From positions 224,001 through 288,000 of the forward strand of contig CAWBMV010000006.1 of the NCBI GenBank assembly GCA_963789955.1: a stretch of DNA of 64,000 nucleotides. The letters are read 5' to 3'. The translations under genes and the position numbers were made by a program. This DNA is from an uncultured Candidatus Rokubacteria bacterium. Lineage in GTDB: Bacteria > Methylomirabilota > Methylomirabilia > Rokubacteriales > CSP1-6. Below are positions 12,360 through 23,785 of this stretch, piece by piece (within the stretch, counting starts at the first letter, position 1; each line of letters opens with the position of its first letter). The notes beneath the pieces are model-generated. The model was not told the DNA's origin. It saw only the letters and a list, made by a program, of their open reading frames with translations, and ran no database searches.

Positions 12360-13093
12360 GCGCGAGGATGCCGATGAGCATCGAGACCCGCGAGAAGCTC
12401 TACGAAGGCAAGGCCAAGATCGTCTACGAGACCAACCGGCCCGGCGTGATCATCCAGTACTTCAAGGACGACGCGACCGCCTTCAACGCCCTGAAGAAGG
12501 GCACCATCGTCGGCAAGGGCGTCGTCAACAACCGGATGTCGGCGGCGCTGTTCCAGCGGCTGGGACGCGCCGGCATCCCGACGCACTACCTCGAGACTCT
12601 CTCGGATCGCGAGATGCTCTGCCATCGCCTCGACATCATCAAGATCGAGACGATCGTGCGGAACATCGTCGCCGGCAGCCTCGCCAAGCGCACCGGTCTC
12701 GAGGAGGGCACGCCGATCAAGCAGCCGATCGTCGAGCTCTACTACAAATCGGATCCCCTGGGCGATCCGATGCTCAACGAGGACCACGTGCGGATGTTGA
12801 AGCTCGCCTCGCCCACGGAAGTCGCGTGGATGAAGCGCACGGCGCTCAAGATCAATGCCATCCTGAGACCGTACCTGTTGAAGCAACGGCTCCTGCTGGT
12901 CGACTTCAAGCTCGAGTTCGGGCGCCACGGCAAGAAGCTCATGCTGGGTGACGAGATCTCGCCCGACACGTGCCGCCTCTGGGACAGCGGGAGCAAGGAG
13001 AAGCTGGACAAGGATCGCTTCCGTCGCGACCTCGGCGGTGTGGAGGAAGCGTACCAGGAGGTCTACCGGCGGCTCGTGACGAAGGACGCATGA
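12356..13093 (+). CDS. purC: SAICAR synthetase
   Basis: LYEGKAK, FKDDATAFN..KK, VRNIVAGSL, LVDFKLEFG, DEISPDTCRLWD, LDKDRFR. Confidence 0.97.
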   Translation: MSARMPMSIETREKLYEGKAKIVYETNRPGVIIQYFKDDATAFNALKKGTIVGKGVVNNRMSAALFQRLGRAGIPTHYLETLSDREMLCHRLDIIKIETIVRNIVAGSLAKRTGLEEGTPIKQPIVELYYKSDPLGDPMLNEDHVRMLKLASPTEVAWMKRTALKINAILRPYLLKQRLLLVDFKLEFGRHGKKLMLGDEISPDTCRLWDSGSKEKLDKDRFRRDLGGVEEAYQEVYRRLVTKDA

Positions 13094-13359
13094 GAGCGCG
13101 CGTTCTCGTACGGCTCAAGCCCGGCATCATGGACGTGCAAGGCGCGGCGGTGAAGCGCGCGCTCGCCGGCCTCGGATTCTCCGAGCTCAACGACCTGCGC
13201 GTCGGCAAGGTCATCGACATCGACCTGAACGAGCCGACGCCGGAAGGCGCGCGCGCGCGCGTGGGCGAGATGTGCCGCCAGCTGCTCGCGAACCCGATTC
13301 TGGAGGACTATACGATCGAAACCGTGGACGACCTTGCCCCGCGCGGAGCCGCACGCTAA
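13090..13359 (+). CDS. purS: FGAM synthase subunit PurS
   Basis: V.LKPGIMDVQG.AV..AL..LGF, RVGK, LLANPILEDY. Confidence 0.95.
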   Translation: MRARVLVRLKPGIMDVQGAAVKRALAGLGFSELNDLRVGKVIDIDLNEPTPEGARARVGEMCRQLLANPILEDYTIETVDDLAPRGAAR

Positions 13360-13371
13360 GATGAGTGCGCT

Positions 13372-14085
13372 ATGAGATTCGGCGTCGTGGTGTTCCCAGG
13401 CACGTGGAGCGACTGTGATTTTCACTACGTCGTCTCCGAGGTCCTGCATCAGCCCGTGCGGTACGTCTGGCATCGCGAGCGCGAGCTTCGCGAGCTCGAC
13501 TGCGTGATCCTGCCGGGCGGCTTCTCCTACGGCGACTATCTGCGCGCCGGCGCGGTGGCCGGCCGTTCGCCGGTCGTCGCAGCACTCGGCGATTTCATCG
13601 CCGGTGGCGGGCTCGTGCTCGGCTCCTGCAACGGCTTCCAGATTCTCTGCGAGGCGGGATTGCTCCCGGGCGTCCTGACGCGCAACGAGTGCCTGCAGTA
13701 CCGCTGTCAGTCGAGCCATCTGGTCGTCGAGAACGTCGACACGCCGTTCACGCGCGGTTTGCGGCCGGGCCAGGTGCTGACGATGCCGATCTCGCACGGC
13801 GAGGGCAAGTACTACGCCGATCCCGAGACACTCGCGCGGCTCAAGCAGCAGAACCTGATCGTCTTCCGGTATGCGGAAGCCGACGGCCGCGTCACCAAGA
13901 AGAGCAACCCGAACGGCTCGCTCGACAACATCGCGGGAATCGTGAATCCCGAGGGCACGGTGCTGGGCATGATGCCCCACCCGGAGCGGGCCTCCGAAGC
14001 GGCGATGGGCGGCACCGACGGGCTCCTGATGTTCCAGTCCCTCCTCGGAAGCCTCGTCGAGGATGGCAGCTTCCTCAAGCGGTAA
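13372..14085 (+). CDS. purQ: FGAM synthase glutaminase subunit
   Basis: FPG, LPGGFSYGDYLRAG, CNGFQIL, NPNGS, GMMPHPER. Confidence 0.97.
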   Translation: MRFGVVVFPGTWSDCDFHYVVSEVLHQPVRYVWHRERELRELDCVILPGGFSYGDYLRAGAVAGRSPVVAALGDFIAGGGLVLGSCNGFQILCEAGLLPGVLTRNECLQYRCQSSHLVVENVDTPFTRGLRPGQVLTMPISHGEGKYYADPETLARLKQQNLIVFRYAEADGRVTKKSNPNGSLDNIAGIVNPEGTVLGMMPHPERASEAAMGGTDGLLMFQSLLGSLVEDGSFLKR

Positions 14086-14091
14086 CCAGGG

Positions 14092-16315
14092 TTGACGGGG
14101 GCCGAGCCCAAGGTCACGCTCGGCCTGGCGCTGGAAGCAGGCCTCACGGCCGAAGAGTACGATCGCATCCTCTCACGCCTCCGGCGCGAGCCGACCTACG
14201 CCGAGCTCGGTCTCTTCTCGGCGCTCTGGTCGGAGCACTGCGCCTACAAGCACTCGCGCGTCTTCCTCTCGCGCTTGCCGCAAACGGGCTCGCACGTCCT
14301 GCAGGGGCCCGGGCGAGAACGCGGGCGCGATCGATATCGGCGACGGCTGGGCGGTCGTCTTCAAGATCGAGAGCCACAATCATCCGTCGTTCATCGAGCC
14401 GTTCCAGGGCGCGGCGACGGGCGTCGGCGGCATTCTGCGCGACATCTTCACGATGGGCGCGCGCCCGATCGCGATCCTCGACTCGCTCCGCTTCGGCGAG
14501 CTCGACGAGCCCAGGGTGCAAGAGCTCGTGAACGGCGTCGTCTCGGGCATCAGCTGGTACGGCAACTGCTTCGGCTGCCCGACGGTGGGCGGCGAGATCG
14601 CGTTCGCGCCGGAATACGCGGGCAATCCGCTCGTCAACGTGATGTGCGTCGGCCTGGTCCGCGCCGATCAGATCTTTCGCGCGCGGGCCGAAGGGCCGGG
14701 CAATCCGGTGTTCTACGTCGGCAACAAGACGGGCCGCGACGGCATCCACGGCGCGACGATGGCGTCCGCGACGTTCGACGAGCACGCCGAGGCGCGCCGC
14801 CCGACCGTCCAGGTCGGGGATCCGTTCACCGAGAAGCTCCTGCTCGAGGCGTGTCTCGAGGTGATGCGCACCGGTGCGGTCGTCGGCATCCAGGACATGG
14901 GCGCCGCGGGCCTCGCCTGCTGCACCTCCGAGATGCCCGCGCGCAGCGGGACCGGCATGGACGTCGAGCTCTCGCGCGTCCCGCAGCGCGAGACCGGGAT
15001 GACGCCGTACGAAATCCTCTTGTCCGAGTCGCAGGAGCGCATGCTGCTCGTCGCCGCGCGCGGCCGCGAGGAGGAAGTGCGGCGCGTGTTCTCGAAATGG
15101 GAGCTCGACGCGGTCGAGATCGGCACGGTGACCGAGGGCGCCGAGCTGACCGCGCGGCTCAAGGGCGAGGTCGTGGCGCGGGTGCCGGTCGATCTGCTGG
15201 CCGAAGCACCCAAATACCGCAAGCCCACGGCCGAGCCTTCGTGGCTCGCCGAGCGCCGCGCCTTCGATCCGCTGTCCTTGCCGGAGCCGGCCGACTATGG
15301 CGCGGCTCTGGCCGAGCTGCTCGCGTCGCCGACGATCGCGTCCAAGGAATGGGCGTTCCGCCAGTACGATCAGCAGGTCGGGATCAACACCCTGGTCCTG
15401 CCCGGCTCCGACGCCGCCGTCCTTCGCGTCAAAGGCACGCGGCGGGCGCTCGCGGTGTCCACCGACGGCAACGGCCGCCACGTGTTCCTCGATCCCCGGC
15501 AGGGCGCGGCGATGGCCGTATGCGAGGCGGCCCGCAACGTGTCCTGCTCGGGCGGCGAGCCGCGCGGCGTCACCGACTGCCTGAACTTCGGCTCGCCGGA
15601 ACGGCCCGAGATTCTCTGGCAATTCGCCGAAGCGATCGAGGGCATCGCGGCCGCGTGCCGGGCGCTCGACCTCCCCGTGGTCGGGGGTAACGTTTCCTTC
15701 TACAATGAGACCAGTGGCCGGGCCATTCTGCCGACCCCGGTCATCGGCGTGGTCGGGGTCCTCGATGACGCGGGCCGGCGAGCGACCCAGTGGTTCAAGG
15801 GCGCCGGCCACCGGGTCGCGCTCCTGGGGCCCGACACGGTGAGCCTCGGCGGCAGCGAGTACCTCTGGGCGCGCGAGCAGCGGCTCGCCGGCGCGCTGGC
15901 GCCGCTCGATCTCGAGACGGAGCGCCGGGTGCAGGCGGCCGTGAGGGCCGCGGTGAGCGCGGGGCTGGTCACGGCGGCGCACGACTGCTCCGAGGGCGGC
16001 GTGGCGGTCGCGCTGGCCGAAGGATGCATCACGGGCCGCGAGCTCGTCGGGTGCGAGGCGGCGCTGCCGGCGGGCGCCCGGGCCGATCTGACCTTGTTCG
16101 GCGAGGGGCCGTCGCGGGTCGTCGTCACGGTGGAGGCCGCGCGCGCCCGGGAGTTCGAGGCGCTGATGGCCGAATCGGCGATCCCCTGGCGGTGGATCGG
16201 GACGACCGGCGGCGAGCGTCTGGTAATTCGCATCGGGACCGAGACTCTGGTCGACGTCGCTACGAGACAACTCGAGCAGGCTTGGAGGACTGGATTTGAA
16301 CGTCACGTGGCGTGA
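14092..16315 (+). CDS. purL: FGAM synthase synthetase subunit (indel near 14310)
   Basis: [58 protein letters not shown]. Confidence 0.96.
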
Positions 16316-17708
16316 CGACAGATTCCACGACGAGTGCGGGCTCTTCGGCATCTGGAACCATCCGGAGGCCGCGAACGTCACGTACCTCGGTCTCTACGCC
16401 CTGCAGCATCGCGGGCAGGAGTCCGCGGGCATCGCGGCGACCGACGGCACGTCGTTCCACACCGAGAAGCACATGGGGTGGGTGGCGGACGTCTTCAGCC
16501 CGGAGCGCCTGCGGCGGCTGCCGGGTCATCGCGCCATCGGGCACGTCCGCTACTCGACCGCCGGGAGCTCGAACCTCCGGAACGCGCAGCCGATCACCGC
16601 GACCACCGCGCGCGGGCCGATCGCGATCGCCCACAACGGCAACCTGACGAACGCCGACACGCTCCGCCGCGACATGGAGCGCGACGGCGCCATCTTCCAG
16701 TCGAACTCCGACACCGAGGTGATCCTGCACCTCCTCGCGCGCGCGCCGGCCGGCCCGCTCGAGGATCAGATCGCCCACGCGCTCTCGCAGGTGAAGGGCG
16801 CGTACTCGCTCCTGATCCTGACGCTCGACGCGCTGTACGCGATCCGCGACCCGTACGGCTTTCGCCCGCTCAGTCTCGGTCGCCTCGGCGACGCCCACGT
16901 CGTCGCCTCGGAGACGTGCGCGCTCGACCTCATGGAAGCCTCGTTCCAGCGCGACGTCGAGCCGGGCGAGATCCTGATCATCTCGGACGCCGGCACCCGG
17001 TCGATCCGGCCGTTCCCGCCGGGCGAGCGGCTGCACTGCGTATTCGAGTACGTGTACTTCGCGCGGCCCGACTCGATTCTGTGGGGCCGCAACGTCCACA
17101 CCGTGCGCAAGGCGATGGGCCGCCAGCTCGCGCGCGAATACCCGGTCCAGGCCGACATCGTCATTCCCGTGCCGGATTCGGGGACCAGCGCCGCGCTCGG
17201 CTACTCCGAAGAGGCCGCGACGCCGTACGAGATGGGGCTGATCCGCAATCACTACGTCGGCCGGACGTTCATCGAGCCCAAGCAGGGCATTCGCCACTTC
17301 GGGGTCAAGGTGAAGCTCAACCCGATGCGCGAGATGCTCGAGGGCCGGCGCGTGGTGGTGGTCGACGACTCGATCGTGCGCGGCACCACGAGCCGCAAGA
17401 TCGTGCGGATGATCCGGAGCTCGGGCGCCAAGGAAGTGCACGTGCGCATCTCGTCGCCGCCGATCCAGTGGCCGTGCTTCTACGGCATCGATACGCCGAC
17501 GCGGAAAGAGCTGATCGGCTCGAGCCACAGCCCCGAGGAGATCCGTCGCTACCTCGGCGCCGACTCGCTGGGCTATCTCTCGCTCGACGGCATGCTCAAG
17601 GCCACCGGCACCGAGCCTGGGCAATTCTGCCACGCGTGCTTCACCGGCAACTATCGCGTGGGGATCGAGCCCGAGCCGACGCCGCAGCTCAGCCTCTTCG
17701 AGGGCTGA
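16296..17708 (+). CDS. purF: Amidophosphoribosyltransferase
   Basis: [51 protein letters not shown]. Start uncertain. Confidence 0.97.
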   Translation: MNVTWRDDRFHDECGLFGIWNHPEAANVTYLGLYALQHRGQESAGIAATDGTSFHTEKHMGWVADVFSPERLRRLPGHRAIGHVRYSTAGSSNLRNAQPITATTARGPIAIAHNGNLTNADTLRRDMERDGAIFQSNSDTEVILHLLARAPAGPLEDQIAHALSQVKGAYSLLILTLDALYAIRDPYGFRPLSLGRLGDAHVVASETCALDLMEASFQRDVEPGEILIISDAGTRSIRPFPPGERLHCVFEYVYFARPDSILWGRNVHTVRKAMGRQLAREYPVQADIVIPVPDSGTSAALGYSEEAATPYEMGLIRNHYVGRTFIEPKQGIRHFGVKVKLNPMREMLEGRRVVVVDDSIVRGTTSRKIVRMIRSSGAKEVHVRISSPPIQWPCFYGIDTPTRKELIGSSHSPEEIRRYLGADSLGYLSLDGMLKATGTEPGQFCHACFTGNYRVGIEPEPTPQLSLFEG

Positions 17709-17709
17709 C

Positions 17710-18741
17710 GTGAAGCCGCTCACCTATCGCCAAGCCGGCGTCGACATCGACGCGGGCGACGATGCGGTCCGCCGCATCACGCCGCTCGCCCGCGCGACGA
17801 ACCGCGCCGAGGTGATCGGCGGCGTCGGCGGCTTCGCGAGCCTGGTCGGCCTGCCCTCGAAATACCGCGAGCCCGTCATGGTCTCGTCGACGGACGGAGT
17901 GGGTTCGAAGCTGAAGATCGCGTGCCTCGCCGGCCGGCACGACACGGTGGGCATCGACCTGGTCGCGATGGGCGTGAACGACATCCTCGTGCCGGGCGCC
18001 GAGCCCCTCTATTTCCTCGACTACATCTCGGTCGGCCGGCTCGATCCCGGGCAGATCGAAGCGATCGTCGGCGGCGTCGCCGAGGGCTGCCGGCAGGCCG
18101 GTTGCGCGCTGGTCGGCGGCGAGATGGCCGAGCACCCCGACTCGCTCCCGCCCGGAGAGTACGATCTCGCCGGCTTCGCGGTCGGCATCGCCGAGCGGCA
18201 GCGGTTGATCGACGGCTCGAAGATCCGTCCCGGCGACGTCGTCCTGGGCCTGGCCTCGTCGGGTCTGCACTCCAACGGCTACAGCCTGGTACGGCGCATC
18301 GTGTTCGACGTGATGAAGCTCCGCGTGACCGATACCCTGCCGGGAACCGGACAACTCGTGGCGGACGAGCTGCTCACTCCGACGCGCATTTACGTGCGAT
18401 CGATTCAGACCCTACTGGAGACGGTCGAGGTGAGGGGCATGGCGCACGTGACCGGGGGCGGCGTCACCGGCAACATCCCCCGCGTGCTCCCTCACGGTTG
18501 CCGAGCCCGGCTGATCCGCAGCTCCTGGTCGCCACCCGCGGTATTCGAGACTCTCCGCCAGGCCGGCCGAGTGGAGGATGCCGAGATGTTCAGGACCTTC
18601 AACATGGGGATCGGCTACGTGGTCATCGTGCCCTCGGGCGACGCGGACACGGCAGCGCGTGTTCTCCGAGGCGCCGGCGAGAAGGTGACGAGAATCGGCG
18701 AGATCGTCGCCGGGGAGCGCGGCGTGGAGCTCGTCGCGTGA
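17710..18741 (+). CDS. purM: AIR synthetase
   Basis: Y..AGVDIDAG, TDGVGSK, GIDLVAM.VND, GGE.AEHP, SSGLHSNGYSL, TFNMGIG. Confidence 0.97.
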   Translation: MKPLTYRQAGVDIDAGDDAVRRITPLARATNRAEVIGGVGGFASLVGLPSKYREPVMVSSTDGVGSKLKIACLAGRHDTVGIDLVAMGVNDILVPGAEPLYFLDYISVGRLDPGQIEAIVGGVAEGCRQAGCALVGGEMAEHPDSLPPGEYDLAGFAVGIAERQRLIDGSKIRPGDVVLGLASSGLHSNGYSLVRRIVFDVMKLRVTDTLPGTGQLVADELLTPTRIYVRSIQTLLETVEVRGMAHVTGGGVTGNIPRVLPHGCRARLIRSSWSPPAVFETLRQAGRVEDAEMFRTFNMGIGYVVIVPSGDADTAARVLRGAGEKVTRIGEIVAGERGVELVA

Positions 18742-19370
18742 CGGCCGCGCGCGCTCGGCTGCGCGTGGGCGTCCTGGTCTCGGGGCGGGGCTCCAATCTC
18801 CAGGCCCTGCTGGACGCCTCGGCGAGACCGGACTACCCGGCCGAGGTCGTCGTCGTGATCTCCGACCGGGAGCGAGCGGCCGCCCTCGATCGTGCGCGGG
18901 CGGCGGGCATCGAAGCGCTCTACGTGAACCCGAAAGACTTCGCCGACCGGGAGGCCTTCGACCTGGCGCTCGTCCGCGAGCTCTCGGCGCGCCGGGTCGG
19001 TCTCGTGTGCACCGCCGGGTTCATGCGGATCCTGTCGCCGGCATTCACGCGCGCGTTCGCGGGGCGCGCGATGAACATTCACCCCTCGCTCCTGCCCTCG
19101 TTTCCGGGACTTCACGCTCAGCGGCAAGCCCTGGACCAGGGCGTGAAGGTGGCCGGCGCGACGGTGCACTTCCTCGACGACGGGGCGGTCGACACCGGCC
19201 CGATCATTCTCCAATCGACCGTGCCGGTGCAGGCCGACGACACCGAGGACACGCTCGCGGCGCGGATCCTGGCCGAAGAGCATCGTCTCTATCCCGAAGC
19301 GGTGCGCCTGTTTGCCGAGGGACGCCTCGCCATCGACGGTCGGAGGGTCACGGTGCGAGGTAAGCCATGA
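18738..19370 (+). CDS. purN: GAR transformylase
   Basis: VLVSGRGSNLQAL, AGFMRILS, NIHPSLLP.FPG, GATVHF, DTGPII.Q. Confidence 0.97.
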   Translation: MTAARARLRVGVLVSGRGSNLQALLDASARPDYPAEVVVVISDRERAAALDRARAAGIEALYVNPKDFADREAFDLALVRELSARRVGLVCTAGFMRILSPAFTRAFAGRAMNIHPSLLPSFPGLHAQRQALDQGVKVAGATVHFLDDGAVDTGPIILQSTVPVQADDTEDTLAARILAEEHRLYPEAVRLFAEGRLAIDGRRVTVRGKP

Positions 19371-20947
19371 AGGTCCGCCGAGCACTCATCAGCGTGCACG
19401 ACAAGACCGGGATCGTCGAGTTCGCGCGGGCTCTGGCCGGTCTCGGCGTCGAGATCCTGTCGACCGGCGGCACGGCGAAGCTGATCCGCGAGTCGGGGGT
19501 CCGCGTGATCGACGTGGCGGAGGCGACCGGTTTCCCCGAGATGCTCGACGGGCGCGTCAAGACGCTCCATCCGAAGATCCACGGCGGCATCCTGGCCCGC
19601 CGTGATGTCCCCGAGCATCTCGCCGCGCTCGGCAAGCACGGGATCACGCCGATCGATCTGGTCGTCGTCGCCCTCTATCCCTTCGAGCAGACGGTGGCGC
19701 GGCCCGGCGTGACGCAGGTCGAAGCGATCGAGCAGATCGACGTCGGCGGCCCCACGATGATCCGGGCGGCCGCCAAGAACCACGGGAGCGTCGCGGTCGT
19801 GACCGCGCAGTCGCAGTACGCGGCGGTCCTCGACGAGCTGCGCGCCAGCGGCGGATCGCTCAGCGACGCGACGCGTTTCCGCCTCGCGCAAGACGCGTTC
19901 CGCCGCACCGCGGAGTACGACGCGGCCATCTCGGCCTATCTGTCCTCGAGCGCGCCCGTGCCGGGCGAGGGTGTCCGCAGCGAGCTGTTCCCGGCGCAGC
20001 TCAGGTTCGAGGCCGAGCGCGTACTCCCGCTGCGCTACGGGGAGAACCCGCACCAGGAAGCCGCGTTCTATCGTCAGGTCGGCGCGCCGTCCGTGGGCCT
20101 CGCCACCATGAAGCAGCTCCACGGTCCGGAGCTCGGCTACAACAACCTGCTCGACTTCTCGGCGGCACTCTCGCTGCTGCTCGAGTTCGAGGAGCCGGCG
20201 GCCGTCGTCATCAAGCACACGAACCCGTGCGGGGTCAGTCGCGCGGCGACGGTGGGCGCCGCCATCGTCCTGGCCAAGGCGTCGGACCCGGTCTCGATCT
20301 ACGGCGGTATCGTCGGGGTCAACCGCACCCTGGACGCCGCCGTCGTCGAGGCGCTGGCGGGTGTCTTCGTCGAGATCCTCTTCGCCCCGGCGTTCACGCC
20401 GGACGCGCTCGAAGAGATCAAACGCACCAAGAAGAAGTGCCGCGTCTTCGAGGTCGCCTGCGACCGGACCTTGCCCGCGCGGCTCCCCGAATACCGCGGT
20501 GTCCTGGGCGGCCTGCTCGTGCAGACGACCGATCTCGCCGACCTCGAGCCCGCCAATCTCAAGACCGTGTCGAAGCGGGCACCGACCGCCGCCGAGCTCG
20601 ACGCGCTCCGCTTCGCCTGGCGCGTGGGCAAGCACGCCAAGTCCAACGCGATCGTGCTGACGACGCGCGACCAGGTGGTCGGCGTCGGCGCCGGCCAGAT
20701 GAACCGGGTCGACTCGGCGCGCCTGGCGGTGATGCGCGCCCGCGAGATCGGCCTTCCGACGAAGGGCACCGTGTGCGCCTCCGACGCGTTCTTTCCGTTC
20801 CGCGACGGACTCGACGTGGTCGCCGGCGCCGGCGCCACGGCGGTGATCCAGCCGGGAGGCTCCTTGCGCGACGAAGAGGTCATCGCCGCGGCCGACGAGC
20901 AGGGGCTCGCGATGGTCTTCACAGGCGTCCGTCATTTCCGTCACTAG
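19367..20947 (+). CDS. purH: Bifunctional AICAR transformylase/IMP cyclohydrolase
   Basis: RALISV.DKTG, GRVKTLHP, IDVGGPTM.RAAAKN, LRYGENPHQ, KSNAI, ASDAFFPF, TGVRHFRH. Confidence 0.98.
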   Translation: MKVRRALISVHDKTGIVEFARALAGLGVEILSTGGTAKLIRESGVRVIDVAEATGFPEMLDGRVKTLHPKIHGGILARRDVPEHLAALGKHGITPIDLVVVALYPFEQTVARPGVTQVEAIEQIDVGGPTMIRAAAKNHGSVAVVTAQSQYAAVLDELRASGGSLSDATRFRLAQDAFRRTAEYDAAISAYLSSSAPVPGEGVRSELFPAQLRFEAERVLPLRYGENPHQEAAFYRQVGAPSVGLATMKQLHGPELGYNNLLDFSAALSLLLEFEEPAAVVIKHTNPCGVSRAATVGAAIVLAKASDPVSIYGGIVGVNRTLDAAVVEALAGVFVEILFAPAFTPDALEEIKRTKKKCRVFEVACDRTLPARLPEYRGVLGGLLVQTTDLADLEPANLKTVSKRAPTAAELDALRFAWRVGKHAKSNAIVLTTRDQVVGVGAGQMNRVDSARLAVMRAREIGLPTKGTVCASDAFFPFRDGLDVVAGAGATAVIQPGGSLRDEEVIAAADEQGLAMVFTGVRHFRH

Positions 20948-20961
20948 TCGAGAGCGCTCCG

Positions 20962-21861
20962 ATGAGCCCGTCCCAGCCCGAGCGCATCTACGGCGTGCGG
21001 GAGCTCACCCGGATCTTGACACTCACGCCGAAGCGAGCCGGACAGCTCCGCCGGCTGGAGCTTCTGCGCGGCGATTCCGGCTACACGTTCCGCGACTTGC
21101 TGGCGCTGCGCGCGGCCAGCGCGCTCCTCGACGCCGGGGCCTCGGTGCGGCAGATCCGCGAGGCGCTCACGGCCCTGCGTCGTCAGGATCCGGACCTCCA
21201 GCAGCCGCTGGCCGAGGTACGGCTGGTGCTCGAAGGTGACCGGCTCGTCGCCCAGTCCGATCGCGTTCGCTTCGATCCGCGCACGGGCCAGATGGTGCTG
21301 GCCCTCGACTCGGGCGGGCTCGAGGCCGCCGCCACCGCCACGCTCGGCACCGGCCTGGTGCGGCCGCTGGCGCCGCCCGCCGATCAGGCCGAAACCTGGT
21401 TCGAGCGCGCCAGCGAGTGGGACAGCGATCCGGCGCAGTGGGAAGACGCGATCGACGCCTACCGGCGTGTCGTCTCGATCGATCCGACCTACGCCGCGGC
21501 GTGGAACAACCTGGGGCTGCTCCTGCACCGCATGGGCCGTTACGACGAGGCCAGCGAGGCATACCTGGCGGCGCTCGGTCAGGATCCGCAGTGCTGCGAG
21601 GCCGCCTACAACCTCGGATCGTTGCACGAGGACCGCGGCGCGATCGAGGAAGCGATCGGCGACTACCGTCGGGCACTCATGCTCTCGCCCGATTACGCGG
21701 ACGCCCACTTCAATCTCGCGGGCGCGCTCGCGCGCAACGGCCGTGACGGCGAGGCGATCAAGCACTGGCAGCGCTACCTCGAGCTCGACTCCGGCAGTCC
21801 CTGGGCCCGCATCGCGCGAGCCCACCTCGAAGTCGTCGAGCCCCCCGACCGAACCGAATGA
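20962..21861 (+). CDS. TPR protein with N-terminal MerR-like HTH
   Basis: N-terminal Y.VRELTRIL.L...YTFRDLLALR.A..LLDAGASVRQIR; C-terminal TPRs (AWNNLG, AAYNLG, ADAHFNLA). Confidence 0.75.
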   Translation: MSPSQPERIYGVRELTRILTLTPKRAGQLRRLELLRGDSGYTFRDLLALRAASALLDAGASVRQIREALTALRRQDPDLQQPLAEVRLVLEGDRLVAQSDRVRFDPRTGQMVLALDSGGLEAAATATLGTGLVRPLAPPADQAETWFERASEWDSDPAQWEDAIDAYRRVVSIDPTYAAAWNNLGLLLHRMGRYDEASEAYLAALGQDPQCCEAAYNLGSLHEDRGAIEEAIGDYRRALMLSPDYADAHFNLAGALARNGRDGEAIKHWQRYLELDSGSPWARIARAHLEVVEPPDRTE

Positions 21862-21982
21862 AACCGGCCCGAACCACGAACCAGGGCCCAACGACGCGCT
21901 CGGCGAGATCGGGCATGCGGAGCTTCGCCGCACCTGTCTCAGGCCACCCTCGGTCCAAGCCGGCCTCGAGGACCCCGCTACA

Positions 21983-23255
21983 ATGACCCTCAAGATTCTC
22001 ATCGTCGGCGGCGGCGGCCGGGAGCACGCGCTGGCCTGGAAGATCGCGCAGAGCCCGCTGGTCGACACGCTTGTTCGCGGCACCCGGCAATCCGGGCATC
22101 GCGCGCCACGCGCGCTGCGTCGACATCGGCGTCGACGCGCACGACGATCTCGTCGCGTTCGCCCGGCGCGAGCGCATCGATCTGACGGTGATCGGGCCAG
22201 AGGCGCCGCTCGTCGCCGGCCTCGCCGATCGGTTCGCCGCGGCGGGACTGGCCGTCTTCGGGCCGAGCGCGCGCGCGGCGGCGATCGAAGGTTCCAAGGC
22301 GTTCTCCAAGGACCTGATGCGGCGCCACGGGATCCCGACCGCGCGGTTCGCGACCTTCGACGACATTGACGGCGCGCGTCGCTTCTGCCGCGAGATGGGC
22401 GCCCCGCTCGTGGTGAAGGCCGACGGTCTCGCGGCCGGCAAGGGCGCGATCGTGTGCGCCACGCTCGAGGAGGCCGACGCCGCGATCGCCGAGTGCATGG
22501 AGCGGCGAGCGTTCGGCGCCGCCGGCGCGCGCGTGGTCGTCGAGGAGTTCATGATCGGCCAGGAAATCTCGTGGTTCGTGCTGTCGAACGGCGGCGACGT
22601 CATGACGCTCGCCGCCGCCGAGGATCACAAGGCGGTCTTCGACGGCGACCGCGGCCCGAACACCGGCGGCATGGGCTGCTACTCGCCGGTGGCGGTGTTC
22701 GACGAGGCGCTCGAGAAGCGTGTCATGGAGACGATCGTGCGCCCGACGCTCGCCGCGCTCGCCGGCGAGGGTGCCCCGTATCACGGCGTCCTCTATGTGG
22801 GCCTCATGCTGACGGCGCAGGGCCCGAAAGTCGTCGAGTTCAATTGCCGCTTCGGCGATCCCGAGTGTCAGGCGCTCATGGTGCGGGCGCCGGGTGATCT
22901 GGTGCCGCTGCTCCGCGCGGCCGCCGACGGAGACGCGTGGCCACCGGCGCATCCATGGCCTGGCACGGCTTCGGTCTGCGTGAACATCGCCTCCGGGGGC
23001 TATCCGGGAAAGTATCGGACCGGGTTGCCGATCCGCGGCGTGGAAGCGGCGGACGCCAGGCCAGGTGTCCAGGTGTTTCATGCGGGAACCGCGACGAAGA
23101 ATGGGGCCCTCGTGACCGCGGGCGGGCGAGTGCTCGGCGTGACCGCGGTTGCCGCGAGCATGGACGCGGCGATCGCGGCGGCGTATGCGGCGGTCCACGA
23201 GATCTCGTTCGAGGGCATGCACTACCGGACCGACATCGGGAGGCGCAGAGCGTGA
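21983..23255 (+). CDS. purD: Phosphoribosylamine-glycine ligase (indel near 22070)
   Basis: KILIVGGGGREHALAWK, APGNPG, GPEAPL, EGSKAFSK, KADGLAAGKG, GPNTGGMG, EFNCRFGDPE. Confidence 0.97.
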
Positions 23256-23785
23256 CAGGACCTGTACGCGTAGGCATCGTGCTCGGCAGCGACAGCGATC
23301 TCGAGGTGATGCTCGAAGCCGTGAAGGTACTCGACGCGCTCGAGGTCGGGAGCGAGGTCGTCGTCACTTCGGCGCATCGAACGCCGGAGCGGACTCACGA
23401 ATACGCCACGACGGCGCACGCCCGCGGGCTCGGCGTGCTCATCGCCGGCGCCGGCGGCGCCGCCGCGCTTCCCGGCGTGCTCGCGGCCTCGTCGCCCTTG
23501 CCGGTCATCGGCGTGCCGGTCGCGTCGACGCCGCTCGGCGGAATCGATGCGTTGCTCTCGATCGTGCAGATGCCGAAGGGCGTCCCGGTCGCGACCGTCG
23601 CGATCGGCAAATGGGGCGCGGCGAATGCCGGTCTGCTGGCCGCTCAGATCCTGGCGGTCGGAGATCCAGCGCTGGCCGCGCGGATCGCGGCGTATCGCAA
23701 GCGGTTGGCCGACGAGGTGGACGAGCGCGCGCGCAAGGTCGCCGCGCAGATGAAGTCGGGCGGGCCGCCGAAGTCGGGGACGTGA
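23252..23785 (+). CDS. purE: N5-CAIR mutase / AIR carboxylase PurE
   Basis: GSDSD, SAHRTP, PVIGVP, DALLSIVQMP.GVPVATV.I, NAGLLA. Confidence 0.95.
   Translation: MTGPVRVGIVLGSDSDLEVMLEAVKVLDALEVGSEVVVTSAHRTPERTHEYATTAHARGLGVLIAGAGGAAALPGVLAASSPLPVIGVPVASTPLGGIDALLSIVQMPKGVPVATVAIGKWGAANAGLLAAQILAVGDPALAARIAAYRKRLADEVDERARKVAAQMKSGGPPKSGT

Noticed and set aside
11042..13093. Apparent 683-aa PurB-PurC fusion in the ORF track
   Set aside because: Artifact of the indel near 11790; the true PurB C-terminus is in another frame and stops at 12359, overlapping the purC ATG.
21845..21885. GAACC short repeats after the TPR gene as a CRISPR or iteron array
   Set aside because: Only 5-mers with irregular spacing; no repeat-spacer structure and no cas or rep genes.
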